This document shows positions 37,477 through 49,594 of a DNA stretch of 64,000 nucleotides, in pieces. The DNA lies in NCBI GenBank assembly GCA_951406725.2, contig OX597825.1, forward strand, positions 42,036,001 to 42,100,000, read 5' to 3'. Position numbers and translations under genes: made by a program. The notes under the pieces are model-generated. The model saw only the letters and a list, made by a program, of their open reading frames with translations. It made no database searches and was not told the DNA's origin. The stretch is from Octopus vulgaris (lineage: Eukaryota). Positions within the stretch are counted from its first letter, which is position 1; each line of letters starts with the position of its first letter.

Positions 37477-39084
37477 TTAGCATTATAGCCTGGCTTTGCC
37501 CGGGATTAAGTTAGGATTATTAAGCTAATCAAGTTCTTTATTTCAAATCAAACTAAATGACATCAACATCGAATTTGGGCAAAATACATTGAAATTGGTT
37601 AACTTTTGGTAGAAAATGAGTTACAGACAACTTGATTGAGTAATCCCATAAGGAATCGGTTTATCGATTTTTTTTCCATTCATCGAGTTTTTTTGCTTTT
37701 CGGTTTTAAAGCATTCAAGCATTTTTAAAGCATTCAAAGATTCCATGAGTCCTAAGTAATGCTGGCATCATGTTTGAACAAAATACATCAAAATTGGTAA
37801 AAGTTATGGTTGAAAATGCGGTGTAGCCAATTTTATTGGGAACTCCTATAAGGAATCGGTATACTCTTTTACTCTTTTACTTGTTTCAGTCATTTGACTG
37901 CGGCCATGCTGGAGCACTGCCTTTAATCAAGCAACTCGACCCCGGGACTTATTCATTTTGTAAGCCCAGTACTTATTCTATCGGTGTCTTTTGCCGAACC
38001 GCTAAGTAACGGGGACATAAACACACCAGCATCGATTGTCAAGCAATGCTAGGGGGACAAATACAGACACACAAACACACACATATATATACATATATAC
38101 GACGGGCTTCTTTTCAGTTTCCGTCTACCAAATCCACTCACAAGTCTTTGGTTGGCCCGGGGCTATAGTAGAAGACACTTGCCCAAGGTGCCACGCAGTG
38201 GGACTGAACTCGGAACCATGTGGTTGGTAAACAAGTTACTTACCACACAACCACTCCTGCGCCTATATCGAGTTTCTTTTTATCCCGATTAAATGGAAAA
38301 CCTCATAAGGAATCAGTTTATTGATTTTTCCACCCCAAATAGGATTTAACCGAACACAATATTGCTGATTCAAAAACATCTATATTTATATTTAAAGTTG
38401 GTTTTTGCACCCAACCCAGTTCTGCAGAATCAGTGTCACGACGGGAGTGCATGGGTTGGGAGTTTGATTGGCAGAGGTGATCAGGTTGCACATGCCAGCC
38501 CTTTGAAAACACCACCCCCATCATGTAACCCCCACCCTTGCCCATGGGTTGGCAACCATTCCCTCGAGGAAAATAGAATGCCCAAAAGGGCTCCTGATTC
38601 TCTGTGTTAGAAGTGGTTATGTTCAGATTACACCTAAGTCTTAAGTATATATATATATATAGGCAACACACACGCATATACACACATACGTACGTACATC
38701 TATTGCATACATGTTTTTTGTACGCATACATGTTCGTGTGTATGTGTGTGTGTTACCTCTATATCAACAAAACACTTTTTTCCTCGATGGAAAAAAAACA
38801 ACCAAAGTCTTAACTTACTTGTCGCTAGAAGGGAACTTAACTTCTGTTTGCAAGCAATGGTGATTTCTTCGACCTGAAAATTGTTAAAAGTTTTGGTTGA
38901 AAATTAATTTTTACTGCTATTTACTGATGCCTCTGGGAAAAATAAGTTGACGAAAATACAGCTAGGATCATGACGAATGTCCTCCTAAATTTGGAGCAAT
39001 ATGCATGCTAGTTTGTAGACGTAAATAAGTTACATTCACGTACACACACACACACACACACATAGTGCCTTTTGTATATTCAGA
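37477..39084 (-). mobile_element. Non-autonomous Helitron family H2 containing a SINE
   Basis: Minus strand A|TCtgaatatacaaaagg ... cccgggcaaagccaggc (hairpin) tataatgCTAA|T; no TSD; internal repeats aaggaatcrgt. Confidence 0.75.
37864..38262 (-). mobile_element. Full-length tRNA-derived SINE family A (CORE-like)
   Basis: Minus strand head ggcgcaggagtggttgtgtggtaag, B box gagttcagtccc, CORE-like ccttgggcaag, internal microsatellite, (gtaaaaga)n tail; short tata duplication. Confidence 0.9.
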
Positions 39085-39799
39085 TAATGGGAAGGATTCA
39101 AAGCACTCTTATATGATAGACATGTAGCCTGCCTTCCAAAATTTCGAAAATTTAAGTAGTTTTGCCATCTGAAGCTGAGCTAATTTTCAGTCATACAGAA
39201 ATATGAGTTTATATTAGAGAAAAGAGTGACAATGATGTATCATACAGTACCTAGGAAGAGTTAGCTAAACAGTAGCATCCTGTCCACACCGAGATAGTGG
39301 GAGATGTATGATGTAATAGTTCTAGTGAAGTCTAACTTTCCCTACTAAAATATGAAAATTTATTCCCATTAGAGATAAATGATTTGGAATCTACGCCTAT
39401 GAAGTTCTGGAAATTTAGAACTCTTGGCCTCGTGATACTCAGAAACATATTCTTTCTCAACAACTGTCTTTTTTAAAGCTTGACTTACAAACTTCGTCAA
39501 AGCAAAATTTGATTGATCTATCTCAGACTTGGCATAAAACGGTGGTTATGATTCCATACAGATATGTAAATGAGCAGGTGATATAGAGGTTCAAAAAATA
39601 AAACTTCAAATTTAACATTACCATTATGCCACCTAAGTGTCACGTAGACTTTTCTTTCATCTTTTTTTATTGCTTCCATCTAAAACCACCTGAAAGGCTT
39701 ATTATTAAAATTTAAATTCCAGCTTGAGTTACAATTTCTTTATGCTTTCATTTCTTTTTGTCCGGTACTTTAACATGTTCGAATAATTAATAATATCAT

Positions 39800-40870
39800 G
39801 CCTATTACAGCACTTTTACTGATAGAAGAAATACCTGGCAAAGAATGAACTACTAATCCTGGCTTTCATTGATTTTGAAAAAATATATGACAGGGTACCA
39901 TGATCAGTAATTAGATGGACTCAGAGGAAACTGAATGCAGATAAATGGCTTGTATTGACAGTTCAAGCTATGTACAAGGATACTGTGAGTTAAACAAGAG
40001 TTGGTAATAACTTCACTGATGAATTTAGTATGAAAGAAGAAATCCATCAAGGATCAGTCATCAGTCCTCTCTTATTCATCACAGTCTTCCAAGCTTCACT
40101 TAGGAGTTAAAAGTGACTGTCCACGGGAACTTGTATATGGTGATAATTAGTTCTCATAGCTATCTTATTGGGAGAATTAGAGAAAAAATTCCAGGCATGG
40201 AAGCTAATCCTGGAATTGAGGGGCTTTGAAGATAAACCTGGCAAAGACAAAGGCTTTAATAAGTAGAAAAAAGACAAGATCCTGGTACTTTCAGAGAAAT
40301 GGCCTTGCTCACTATGTAGAAAATAGGTGGCTATAAATTCCATATCCTGTATTTAATGCAAGAAATGGGCATAGAAAAGATGTAGTTCAATCTCTGACAG
40401 ACTATCTGAATGTATAAGCTTCATATATGATAGAGGCACTGGAGTGAGTAGTATGAAAAGGCCTGAAACTGAGTCCCTTAAATACCCAAGTGGCTCATTA
40501 GACATAGTTGATAGCTTTTGCCACCTAGGAGATCTAATTAGCAAGAGACATGATTGCTCTGAAAGTATAGTTGCTAGAGTATGAACTGGTTGGAGAAAGT
40601 TCAGGGAGATACTAACACTATTGACAACAAATATTTTTTTCTTAAAAGCAAATAGTATGGTGCTCTTGTTAGAACTGCAATGCTGCATGGTAGTGATACA
40701 TGGGTCTTGAATGCAGATAACTTGAGAAGACTGAAAAGAAATGAACCAAACATGTTCGGTTATATGTACAATGTGTGTGTGCATGAAAGAAATGGCACAA
40801 AAATATTGAGTGAAAAACTAAGTGTAAGAAGAAAAAGATATGGTGTGTGGTTGTATCACATAGTGCAATG
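39800..40870 (+). mobile_element. Old RTE family A-related remnant
   Basis: HQGSVISPLLF; WPCSLCRK; MLHGSDTWVL; many stop codons. Confidence 0.8.
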
Positions 40871-43159
40871 CACATGATTTTCTATTCAAAACTAATGCAA
40901 AAGCAGAAATCAGCATAAACCATTCTTCTTTGTCTTCCACAACCTGGAAAATGCTTTTGACTTCATATCAAGAGATCTTATGTGGGCAGCACTTCAATAT
41001 TTATGGCTACCTGAATCCCTTCCCCTTTCTGACTCAAGTACTGTATGACTGTATGCCAGGTAGTATTTTCCATCAAAAGAAACTTTCTGAACAGTCTCTG
41101 ATTAAAGGTAGAATGAAGAGATTTGCATTCTTATACTTATCCATGATACTTGTTCAACTTCTTTAAGACAATCCAAGTGAGGACATCAAATACCAGTTTG
41201 AACTATTTACAAGTCAGATTCCAGTTTCATCAACTAATCAGCTTCCATTGCAGAGCTAAAGTCAACCTTCAGAGTTACTGAAACTGAGAGAAAAACATGA
41301 GAAACTGAAGCACATGTCACCATCACTTCAGGAACTGATGCTTTTAAAGTCGAAAGAAAAAAGTGAAGGACGGAAGAAATTAAGATGCAACAACAATTAG
41401 GATCCCAACTAACTCCTCTTTGCTATCTGCACACAGATCAACTGTTTTAGTCATAACACCAGCATTGTGACGTAACCTCTCAATTACAAAGAAAATGAAA
41501 TTCTTGGAAACAAGAAATAACCAACAACAATGATGAATCAACAATGGCAACAATCAACACCAGTATGCATATGTTTTTATGTGGGCATAAGTTGAACACG
41601 TGTAACACACACCTGAGCTAGTGTTCAATCATCTATGAAAGACAGCCCAGTGAAGCCTAACTTCGCCACTTCTTCCTATGTGACTTCATATTATAGCAAC
41701 ATTCTATAACATTCCAATCACTCAAACATACAACCTGTTGATGACATTAATATATAAGCTAACCTTTCATGGGAAACATCATATTTATCTCATTCTTTTC
41801 AGAAGATTTTACAGAAGAACTGCACACATCTCCTTACTATGTAACAACATACTTATTAAATTTATATTGTTTCTTCCTCTATATTTAACAAATATATTGC
41901 ACCTAACAATTTAACAATAGCAATGCAATATATTGCAGTTAACAAGTATTGTTAATTTGAGTTATCTTTTATATTTTCCTTTTTTTAAATTCTGGGACAA
42001 AGATATGAAATGAGTAACATAGGTAGTTAGATGCATATTGCTAGCATATACACTTAATAAATATGTATATATGTATAATTCAAAATATGAGTGATAGTAT
42101 GCATAGAAATTACTTTTCTGATGCACACTCTGATGTATAATGCAATATTTCTTACCATAATAACAACATCATGCCCATGAATGACAACAGAAACACAATA
42201 ATCCATGTAAAGTAAATATATCTAGAGATGAAAGCCTCTAAGTAGTTTAGGTATTATGAAGAATATCTAATTCATTGTATGATTTCTTTTGTACATGAAG
42301 AAATTGTGAATTAATGTCTAACTCCTGGCTGGTAGTAGAAAACAGAAAAAAAGGAGAAAGAAATATCCAGCAACAATGGTATTTAGTGAATAATAGGGCT
42401 TCTAGCAATTTACTGTAAGTTTAGACATGGAAGTATTTGTACCAAGACATAACGATGAGTTGGAGGAAAGAAAAAACAGAAATCACAAAACTGTTGTTAT
42501 TCATTTTATCAGGAATTCTGTTAAGAGTAGTAGATCTGGAGATTAATTGTTTCTCAGAATGGCTATGGAAATGATGGATTCTAAGATCCAAATGAAATCT
42601 GTTCCTTCCAGCCATTTCTAATTTGTATTATATACATTCTGTAGTAGTTGAAAGAATTTTGAATGAACTACAGGAGAGCTGAGTTCTGAAAGTCAAACAA
42701 AAATTGCAAGAAAGTTAATTGTAGAATACTCAAAAAGTTTATCAACACTAAATGTATGACATTATATATATGCACAAATATACACCCACACACATATATA
42801 TGTGTGTATATATATATATATGTATACGGGTGTGTATATATGTATGTATATATATATATATATATTAAATTAGAGATAAAACCATTAGGCAAATCAAACA
42901 GTGAAAAACATAAACCAAAACATAAAAATAAAAACAATTAATATAATATACAAAATATATAAAACTTAAAATTTAAATTATTTAAATTTACAATTTTTGA
43001 TTTATATTTATAAATTTTTATATTTTTTATTTTTTAAATATTTTTAAAATTTAAATTAATAAATTTTTTAACTTTAACATTTTTAAATTTCTAAATTTTT
43101 TAAAAAATATATATAACTATCAAAAAGTATTAAAAAGTGTAGTATAATATAATAAGTAA

Positions 43160-43849
43160 AACCAATACGCATGTTTCATGGCCATAACCTAATTCGAATT
43201 ACAATAATTTGAATTCAGTTAAAAATTTGAATTATAGTTATAATCAATCTTCAGGTTAATGATAATAGTTAAATAAATAGGCAAATATATTTAAACAATA
43301 TTTTTTAAAGAAATAAATAAAATAATAATTTTTCTTATAAAAAACTCTATTATCAAACTAGAAACTTTAACAATTAAGATTTTTTAAAGTAAAAATAGAT
43401 AGAAAACGTGTTTTTTATCTATTCAGATATAATATTGCTTTAAAAAACTTAATAAACTCACGAATAACCTAATCTCAGTTATAGTCAATATCTATTCCAT
43501 TATTACTTACGAATTATATTAAAAAATTACAAAATTAAAGATGAAAAAGCAAATTACGTATAACCTATCTTAAAAAAACCCTATCACTATTTAACGATCA
43601 ATATATCTTGTTGGCTAATTAATAACTTAAAAAACCGTATAGTTATAATCTAATAATGAAATACATATCTTCAACAACTAAATACTTATACAACCAAATT
43701 ATCAATCCGTAGTTATATAGTATCCAATAAATACCATATTTCATTTTTGCTGAGATTTTTCTTGAGAACACATTCTTCGTGGTAATGGCAATTTGACGTC
43801 TATGTTTAGCATATAGGCTGTCCACTTTAGTTGTCAGTTCTCTAAATTT

Positions 43850-43850
<1 letters not shown>
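43160..43850 (-). mobile_element. Probable decayed Penelope 3' end with long-stem HHR (43160-43257)
   Basis: Minus strand ctgaaga-ttgattataact...ggttatggcca-t-GAAAcatgcGUA; upstream faint NCHYHEECVLKKNL / VFIG motifs. Confidence 0.45.
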
Positions 43851-43891
<41 letters not shown>

Positions 43892-43909
43892 TGCATACAT
43901 ATATATATA

Positions 43910-44120
43910 TTCATCGTTTAACGTCTGCTTCCCATACTTGCATGGGTTGGACGATTTGACTGAGGACTACCGAACCAGATGGCTGCACCAGGCTCTAATC
44001 TGATCTGGCAGAGTTTCTACAGCTGGATGCCCTTCCTAACACCAACCACTCCAAGAGTGTAGTGGGTGCTTTAACGTGCCACAGGCACGTGGGCCAGTCG
44101 GGCTGTACTAGCAATGGCCA
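43910..44120 (-). mobile_element. RTE family A 3'-tail fragment
   Basis: catcgtttaacgtctgcttccc...gagtgtagtgggtgc. Confidence 0.9.
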
Positions 44121-44279
44121 CATACATACATACGTACATACATACATACATACATACATATACAAACGTATATAAATACATATTGAAAGTAACAGGAATG
44201 AAACTAATATATATACACAATGAAAATAATTGAAATTGAAACCATATAATAGAGTATGTATTAATAGAGATGTTATTGT

Positions 44280-44489
44280 TTAACTTTTGACACGTAATAC
44301 GGAAACAGTGCAAGAGATATGAGATTGCTCCAGGCAAGAAGTTAAAAATTGTTTGAGCCCATGACACTCATGGACTCTAAGTAAGGCATGTGTAAAATTT
44401 GAATGAAATCCATTGGGTAGTTCTCGAGTTTTAGTGATGCATACATTCAGACAGACACACACATACATTCTTAGTTTTATATATATAGA
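44280..44489 (-). mobile_element. Helitron H1 5'-end fragment
   Basis: Matches 51290-51505; minus strand A|TCtatatatataaaac joined directly to the HERO fragment. Confidence 0.8.
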
Positions 44490-44995
44490 TACCACTTGGG
44501 TGAAAAGCTGATTCTGATCTGGCCTTTTTCACCACTTCTTCCACTTTTTTCCAGGATGGACAGCTGAGGCTGAACTTATTTACTGATATTTCAGCTCTAC
44601 CAACATTTGTGTTAAAACCAAGGGCTTCATTTCTGAGGTTATTGCTGTGAGTTTCCATCAGAAACGCTTCTACCTCTTCTTTGGAGCTGGTCAATTTTCC
44701 TGATTCGGTTTCCCCCAACAGCATTCAGGTGAACCTAAAAGGGTTCTTGACAAATTGTGCTTGTTTAGTCTCCCTCTCTTTCCTCTGTTTCCAGATGCTT
44801 TCTTCCCTTCTAAGTCTCCTCAGACATTTATGGAGTTGACTTGTCAAATCCCTGATGTCTTGTCTTTCATCAGCAGAGGCCCTCTTATACTGCTTATTAA
44901 GGGTCTTGATCTACCCCTCAGATGGTGCATCTCTCTTTTTCTTCTGCTAAGTTTCCTTTTGATTGCTGTGGCAACTAGTCTGTCTGCTGTTCCAA
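44490..44995 (-). mobile_element. HERO/NeSL-like non-LTR retrotransposon fragment (pre-RT region)
   Basis: NPF..LLGETESGKLTSSKEEVEAFLMETHS...PSWKKVEEVVKKARSESAFHPSGI (KARSxSAPGPxGI). Confidence 0.7.
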
Positions 44996-45058
44996 ATATA
45001 CACACACACATATATAGACATACATGTGTGTGTGTGTGTGTGTGTGTGTATACATGTA

Positions 45059-45372
45059 AAGTGAAATCGAAATTGAAATCACTCAAAAATCAATGGAAAT
45101 TGTAGTTGTGATACCAGTGCCGGTGGCACATAAAAGAACCATCTAAATGTGGCCGTTGCCAGCGCCGACCTGGCAGGCTTCCGTGCCGGTGGCACAAAAA
45201 AGCACCCACTACACTCACAGAGTGGTTGGCGTTAGGAAGGGCATCCAGCTCTAGAAACACTGCCAGATCAGACTGGGCCTGGTGCAGCCTCCTGGCTTCC
45301 CAGACCCCAGTCGAACTGTCCAACCCATGCTAGCATGGAAAGCGGACGTTAAACGATGATGATGATGATGAT
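45059..45372 (+). mobile_element. RTE family A 3'-tail fragment
   Basis: Ends gcggacgttaaac(gat)n. Confidence 0.9.
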
Positions 45373-45412
45373 ATATATGTATGTAGAAGGTTGAAAAAGA
45401 ACACACAAGTTT

Positions 45413-46272
45413 AAGGAAAATCAGTCAAGGTAGAAAGTGCAAAAATAATTTTATCATGAAAAATATTTCAGTACTGGTTTCAGTCATTGAGACTTTTCAA
45501 CTCTAAGTATGGAAAACAATTAAATTGGGGAAAAATTAAATGAAAAGTTTTTAAAAACAATATTTCCATAGGCTGTGTGGTGAGTAGCTTGCTTACCAAC
45601 CATATGGTTCCAGGTTCAGTCCCATTGTGTGGCACCTTGGGCATGTGTCTTCTACTATAGCCTCAAGCTGACCAAAGCCTTGTGACTGGATTTGGTAGAC
45701 AGAAACTGAAAGAAGCCCATCATATATATATATATATATGTATATGTTTGTGTGTCTCCATTTGTCCCCCCAACATCACTTGTATTTACATCCCTGTCAC
45801 TTAGTGGTCTGGCAAGAGAGACCAATAGAATAAGTACTAGGCTTACAAAGAATAAGTTCTGGGGTCCATTTGCTTGACAAAAGGTGGTGCTCCAGCATGG
45901 CCACAGTCAAATGACTGAAACAAATAAAATAAAATAAAAAGTATTCAAATACAAGGGGCATTTTACTTGTTTCTGCCTGTCTCTGTCTCTCTTTTTTTCA
46001 ATCTTGACGGTTCGAGGTAGTTATGAATTCATAACTACCTTGAACCCACAAGAGTAAAATAAGACTGACAGAGACAGGCAGAAACAAGGAAAATTCCCCT
46101 TGTATTTGAATACTATGCAAATATTCTTTTAAAAAGCTTTTCATTTAATTTTTCTACAATTTTATTGTTTTCCATACTTACAGTTGAAAAAGTCTCAATG
46201 ACTGAAAACAGTACTAAAATGTTTTCCATGATAAAATTATTTTATCATTTTCTACTTTTATTTATTTTCCTC
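45413..46272. mobile_element. Fold-back PLE-like element (centre gaattc 46025-46030) with an HHR in each arm; SINE A inserted in the left arm (45571-45940)
   Basis: aaaataattttatcatg / catgataaaattatttt; gaggtagttatgaattcataactaccttg; HHR motifs at 45466-45506 (-) and 46178-46219 (+). Confidence 0.85.
45571..45940 (+). mobile_element. Near full-length SINE family A
   Basis: gctgtgtggtgagtagc...ggttcagtccc...ggcaccttgggc...ctccagcatggccacagtcaaatgactgaaac-(aaaat)n. Confidence 0.9.
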
Positions 46273-46273
46273 A

Positions 46274-46340
<67 letters not shown>

Positions 46341-47289
46341 TATGCATGTAGTTCCACATTCAGGCCACTGTCTGGCTATCTTGGTATATGTCTTCTACTA
46401 AGCCCTGTGCCAGCTAAATTCTTGTGAGTGGATTTGGTAAATATGTATATATCTATGTGTGAGTGGTTTTTTTGTTTCTATTTCTATTTGTCCCCATCGA
46501 TCACTTTACCACTGATATTGGTGTGTTTTCATCCCCATATCTTAGCAGTTTTGCCAAAGAGAACAACATAGTAAGTACCAATTAAAAAAAAATAAGTATC
46601 AAGTTTTATTAATTCAATTAAAATCCTTCAAAGTGGTGTTCTGGCACCACTGCAGTCCAGTGATGAAGCAAGTAAATAATAAACAATTAAAAGTGTTGCT
46701 CCAGCATGGCCACTGTCAAATGACTGATACAAAGGAAAGAATAAAAGATAAAAGAATTGTATGTGCATACGTATGGGTATTTGTATGTTTATGTATAAAT
46801 ATATAAATGTATGTGCATGTGTACTTGTGTCTCAGTCTAAAAAGAAGTTTGCTTCTCCTCTAACCCTTAACCTCACAGCCAGTCATAGGCTGATTTATAA
46901 TCCAAGTATAGTGGTCTTCTACTAACAACACGGTCAGTATTTTTATTGCTATTCTTACTGATTTCTTTATCTGGCCACATTTATGTTTTAGTGAGGCATG
47001 GCCATGTACATCCATTTTAGGATTTTCTTGATCCCTGCTGTCTTGTGTGACATGCAAACATATTGATAATTTACATAATGGGAAAAATGTATGTCTTGAG
47101 TTTTCAACATTTGTTATTGTATTTATTTCAGATCACTGATGAGGTGAAGTGCTAGATTGCATAATATGCATATTGCTGTTATGTAATTTCACAGCATTTA
47201 GATAGTATATGTGTATGTTCCATAAAGCATTGAATACAAAACCTGTTTTCTGCATATCATTATTATTTCTTTCTGTATGTATATGTGTA

Positions 47290-47690
<401 letters not shown>

Positions 47691-49594
47691 ATATGTTTAT
47701 CCTGGAGTGAGGATATAACCTTTATCTTTTACCACTGTTTCTGAATTATTTATTCAATAAACTGTTTTAAAAATGGCATGCCATATTTTGACAGATTGTT
47801 CTCAAACTCAAGAGATGTATACAATTTAGTTGTTATTTCTTTAACCTGTTTTATATTTTTTACTTCTCTTTATCCACTATTGCATGAGTTAGTTGTTTTC
47901 TTTCAATCTGAATATTTGCATGTTGCTTGAAGCAATTGTTTCTCTAAGTGAATCATGCAAGAACAGAACCTGTAATCAACCAGACAAACTCTGGCTAAAG
48001 TATAGGACAATGTCAATATAAATATAGTATATTATGCAGTATATTGTTATAAAGGCAACCAAAGCCAACCATATCAAGTTTCGCAAGTAGAAGATGAGAA
48101 TGTGTAAGAGAAAATTATAGAAAGATTTGGCAGCTGTAACAGCCTCGTACCTTGTAAGACTTTATTTTAACGACAAAATCCAAATATTCTTATTTCTTCA
48201 AAATATTTTGATTTTCCTTTCATGTAGTTTAGAGATAGAATGGTCACATTCAAATGATATAAGAATGAAATAGCAGATATCAAATTGATTATGACGATCT
48301 TGATGATGAAAAAACTGGAGATGTAGCAGTAGGTGACTGACATAATCTTTTCTACTCTAGGCACAAGGCCCAAAATTTTTGAAGGGGCCAGTTGGACTGC
48401 CATAATACCATCTTGAATATACTGAAAAGACAGTTTCTTTCATATTGGTGGTTTCTATAAATATTCTATTTATGCTTTCTTGTATATGTTTCACTTGTTG
48501 GATAAAACTGATCAGCTTTGCTAAAGTGTATTTATGACATATAGTTAATTAAATGCTTATACACTGCAAATATTTCTCCAAACTAAGATAAGTCATTATG
48601 TTTCAATCAGCTCTATAACCATATTGTCCATTAATTTAGGAATCAAACCACATTGTTCAGTCAGTTATATGACCAATGGATTGGTAGTTACTGATGCACT
48701 AAACTCAATTCTATTGGAATTACTACAAGTAACTGGTAATATAGCATAGAACATAATCTAAATGTAACTATTCAAGCTGCTTGTGTGTGTGTAGTTTTAA
48801 TATCAGTCCATTTCTAATAAAAATAGCTATGTGTAGGTAATCTACATTCAGAACAGCAATTCAAATGACTTTCCCAAATAGACTGAAAGTGATGAACTGA
48901 ATGTTAGTATATCAAATATTTTTTGAAAAATGAAGCATTTCTTCTTTTCCTTATCTGTATAACCCAGCAATGTGGATGCAGTATCTGATCTTAAGTTACT
49001 GTTGAAGCTCACTTCTTTTAAGATGAACAATATTTCTAAACTGTATACAAAAAAGTATTATTCCAAAATTTGATGGAAATTAATATTTGATAATATGAGC
49101 ATGGACGGAAAAGTTTTTAGGCTGGCATTGAAGGAGTGGCGCCAGAGTTGAGAAATTTTGCATGCATTAATTTCAAGCCTTCTTATTAATAACTGCATTG
49201 TTTCTTTCCAGTTAAACTGACATCTGACTGTTGAAAGAAGACTTCAAAAGTAATGAGTAGTGACATTTCTTGAAAATGGACAAAATTTGGCATTGTGGGG
49301 TTATCAAGTAACTCAGCAAAAATAGGTTTAGCCCCCAAGGACACTCATGCTGACAGTTACTACATTAAAGGATGACAATCCAGTTTTATCAGCAATGCAA
49401 AATTAGGTGCTGAATTTAAGGGAAAGTTTTAAAGCTGACTCAATGTCTGGATATCTTGCAACTCCAACCACCAAAGAAAATATTATGTTTACTACATGGT
49501 AATGGATGACAAGCAATTAACTATGAATCAAAAAGCCAATATAGTGCAAAAATATGATAGTGTAGTGTATGCAGGTTGAACTGTAGGCTATTGT

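Noticed and set aside
40980-41560. Possible Gypsy gag remnant or host exon
   Set aside because: Many stops and no motif I can support.
42940-43460. Mitochondrial insertion (NUMT)
   Set aside because: No mitochondrial gene, tRNA or rRNA motif recognised; AT-richness alone is insufficient.
47126-47205. CUGAUGA plus long hairpin, or a 12-nt micro-exon
   Set aside because: No GAAA or stem III follows, and the donor gtgaag is weak.
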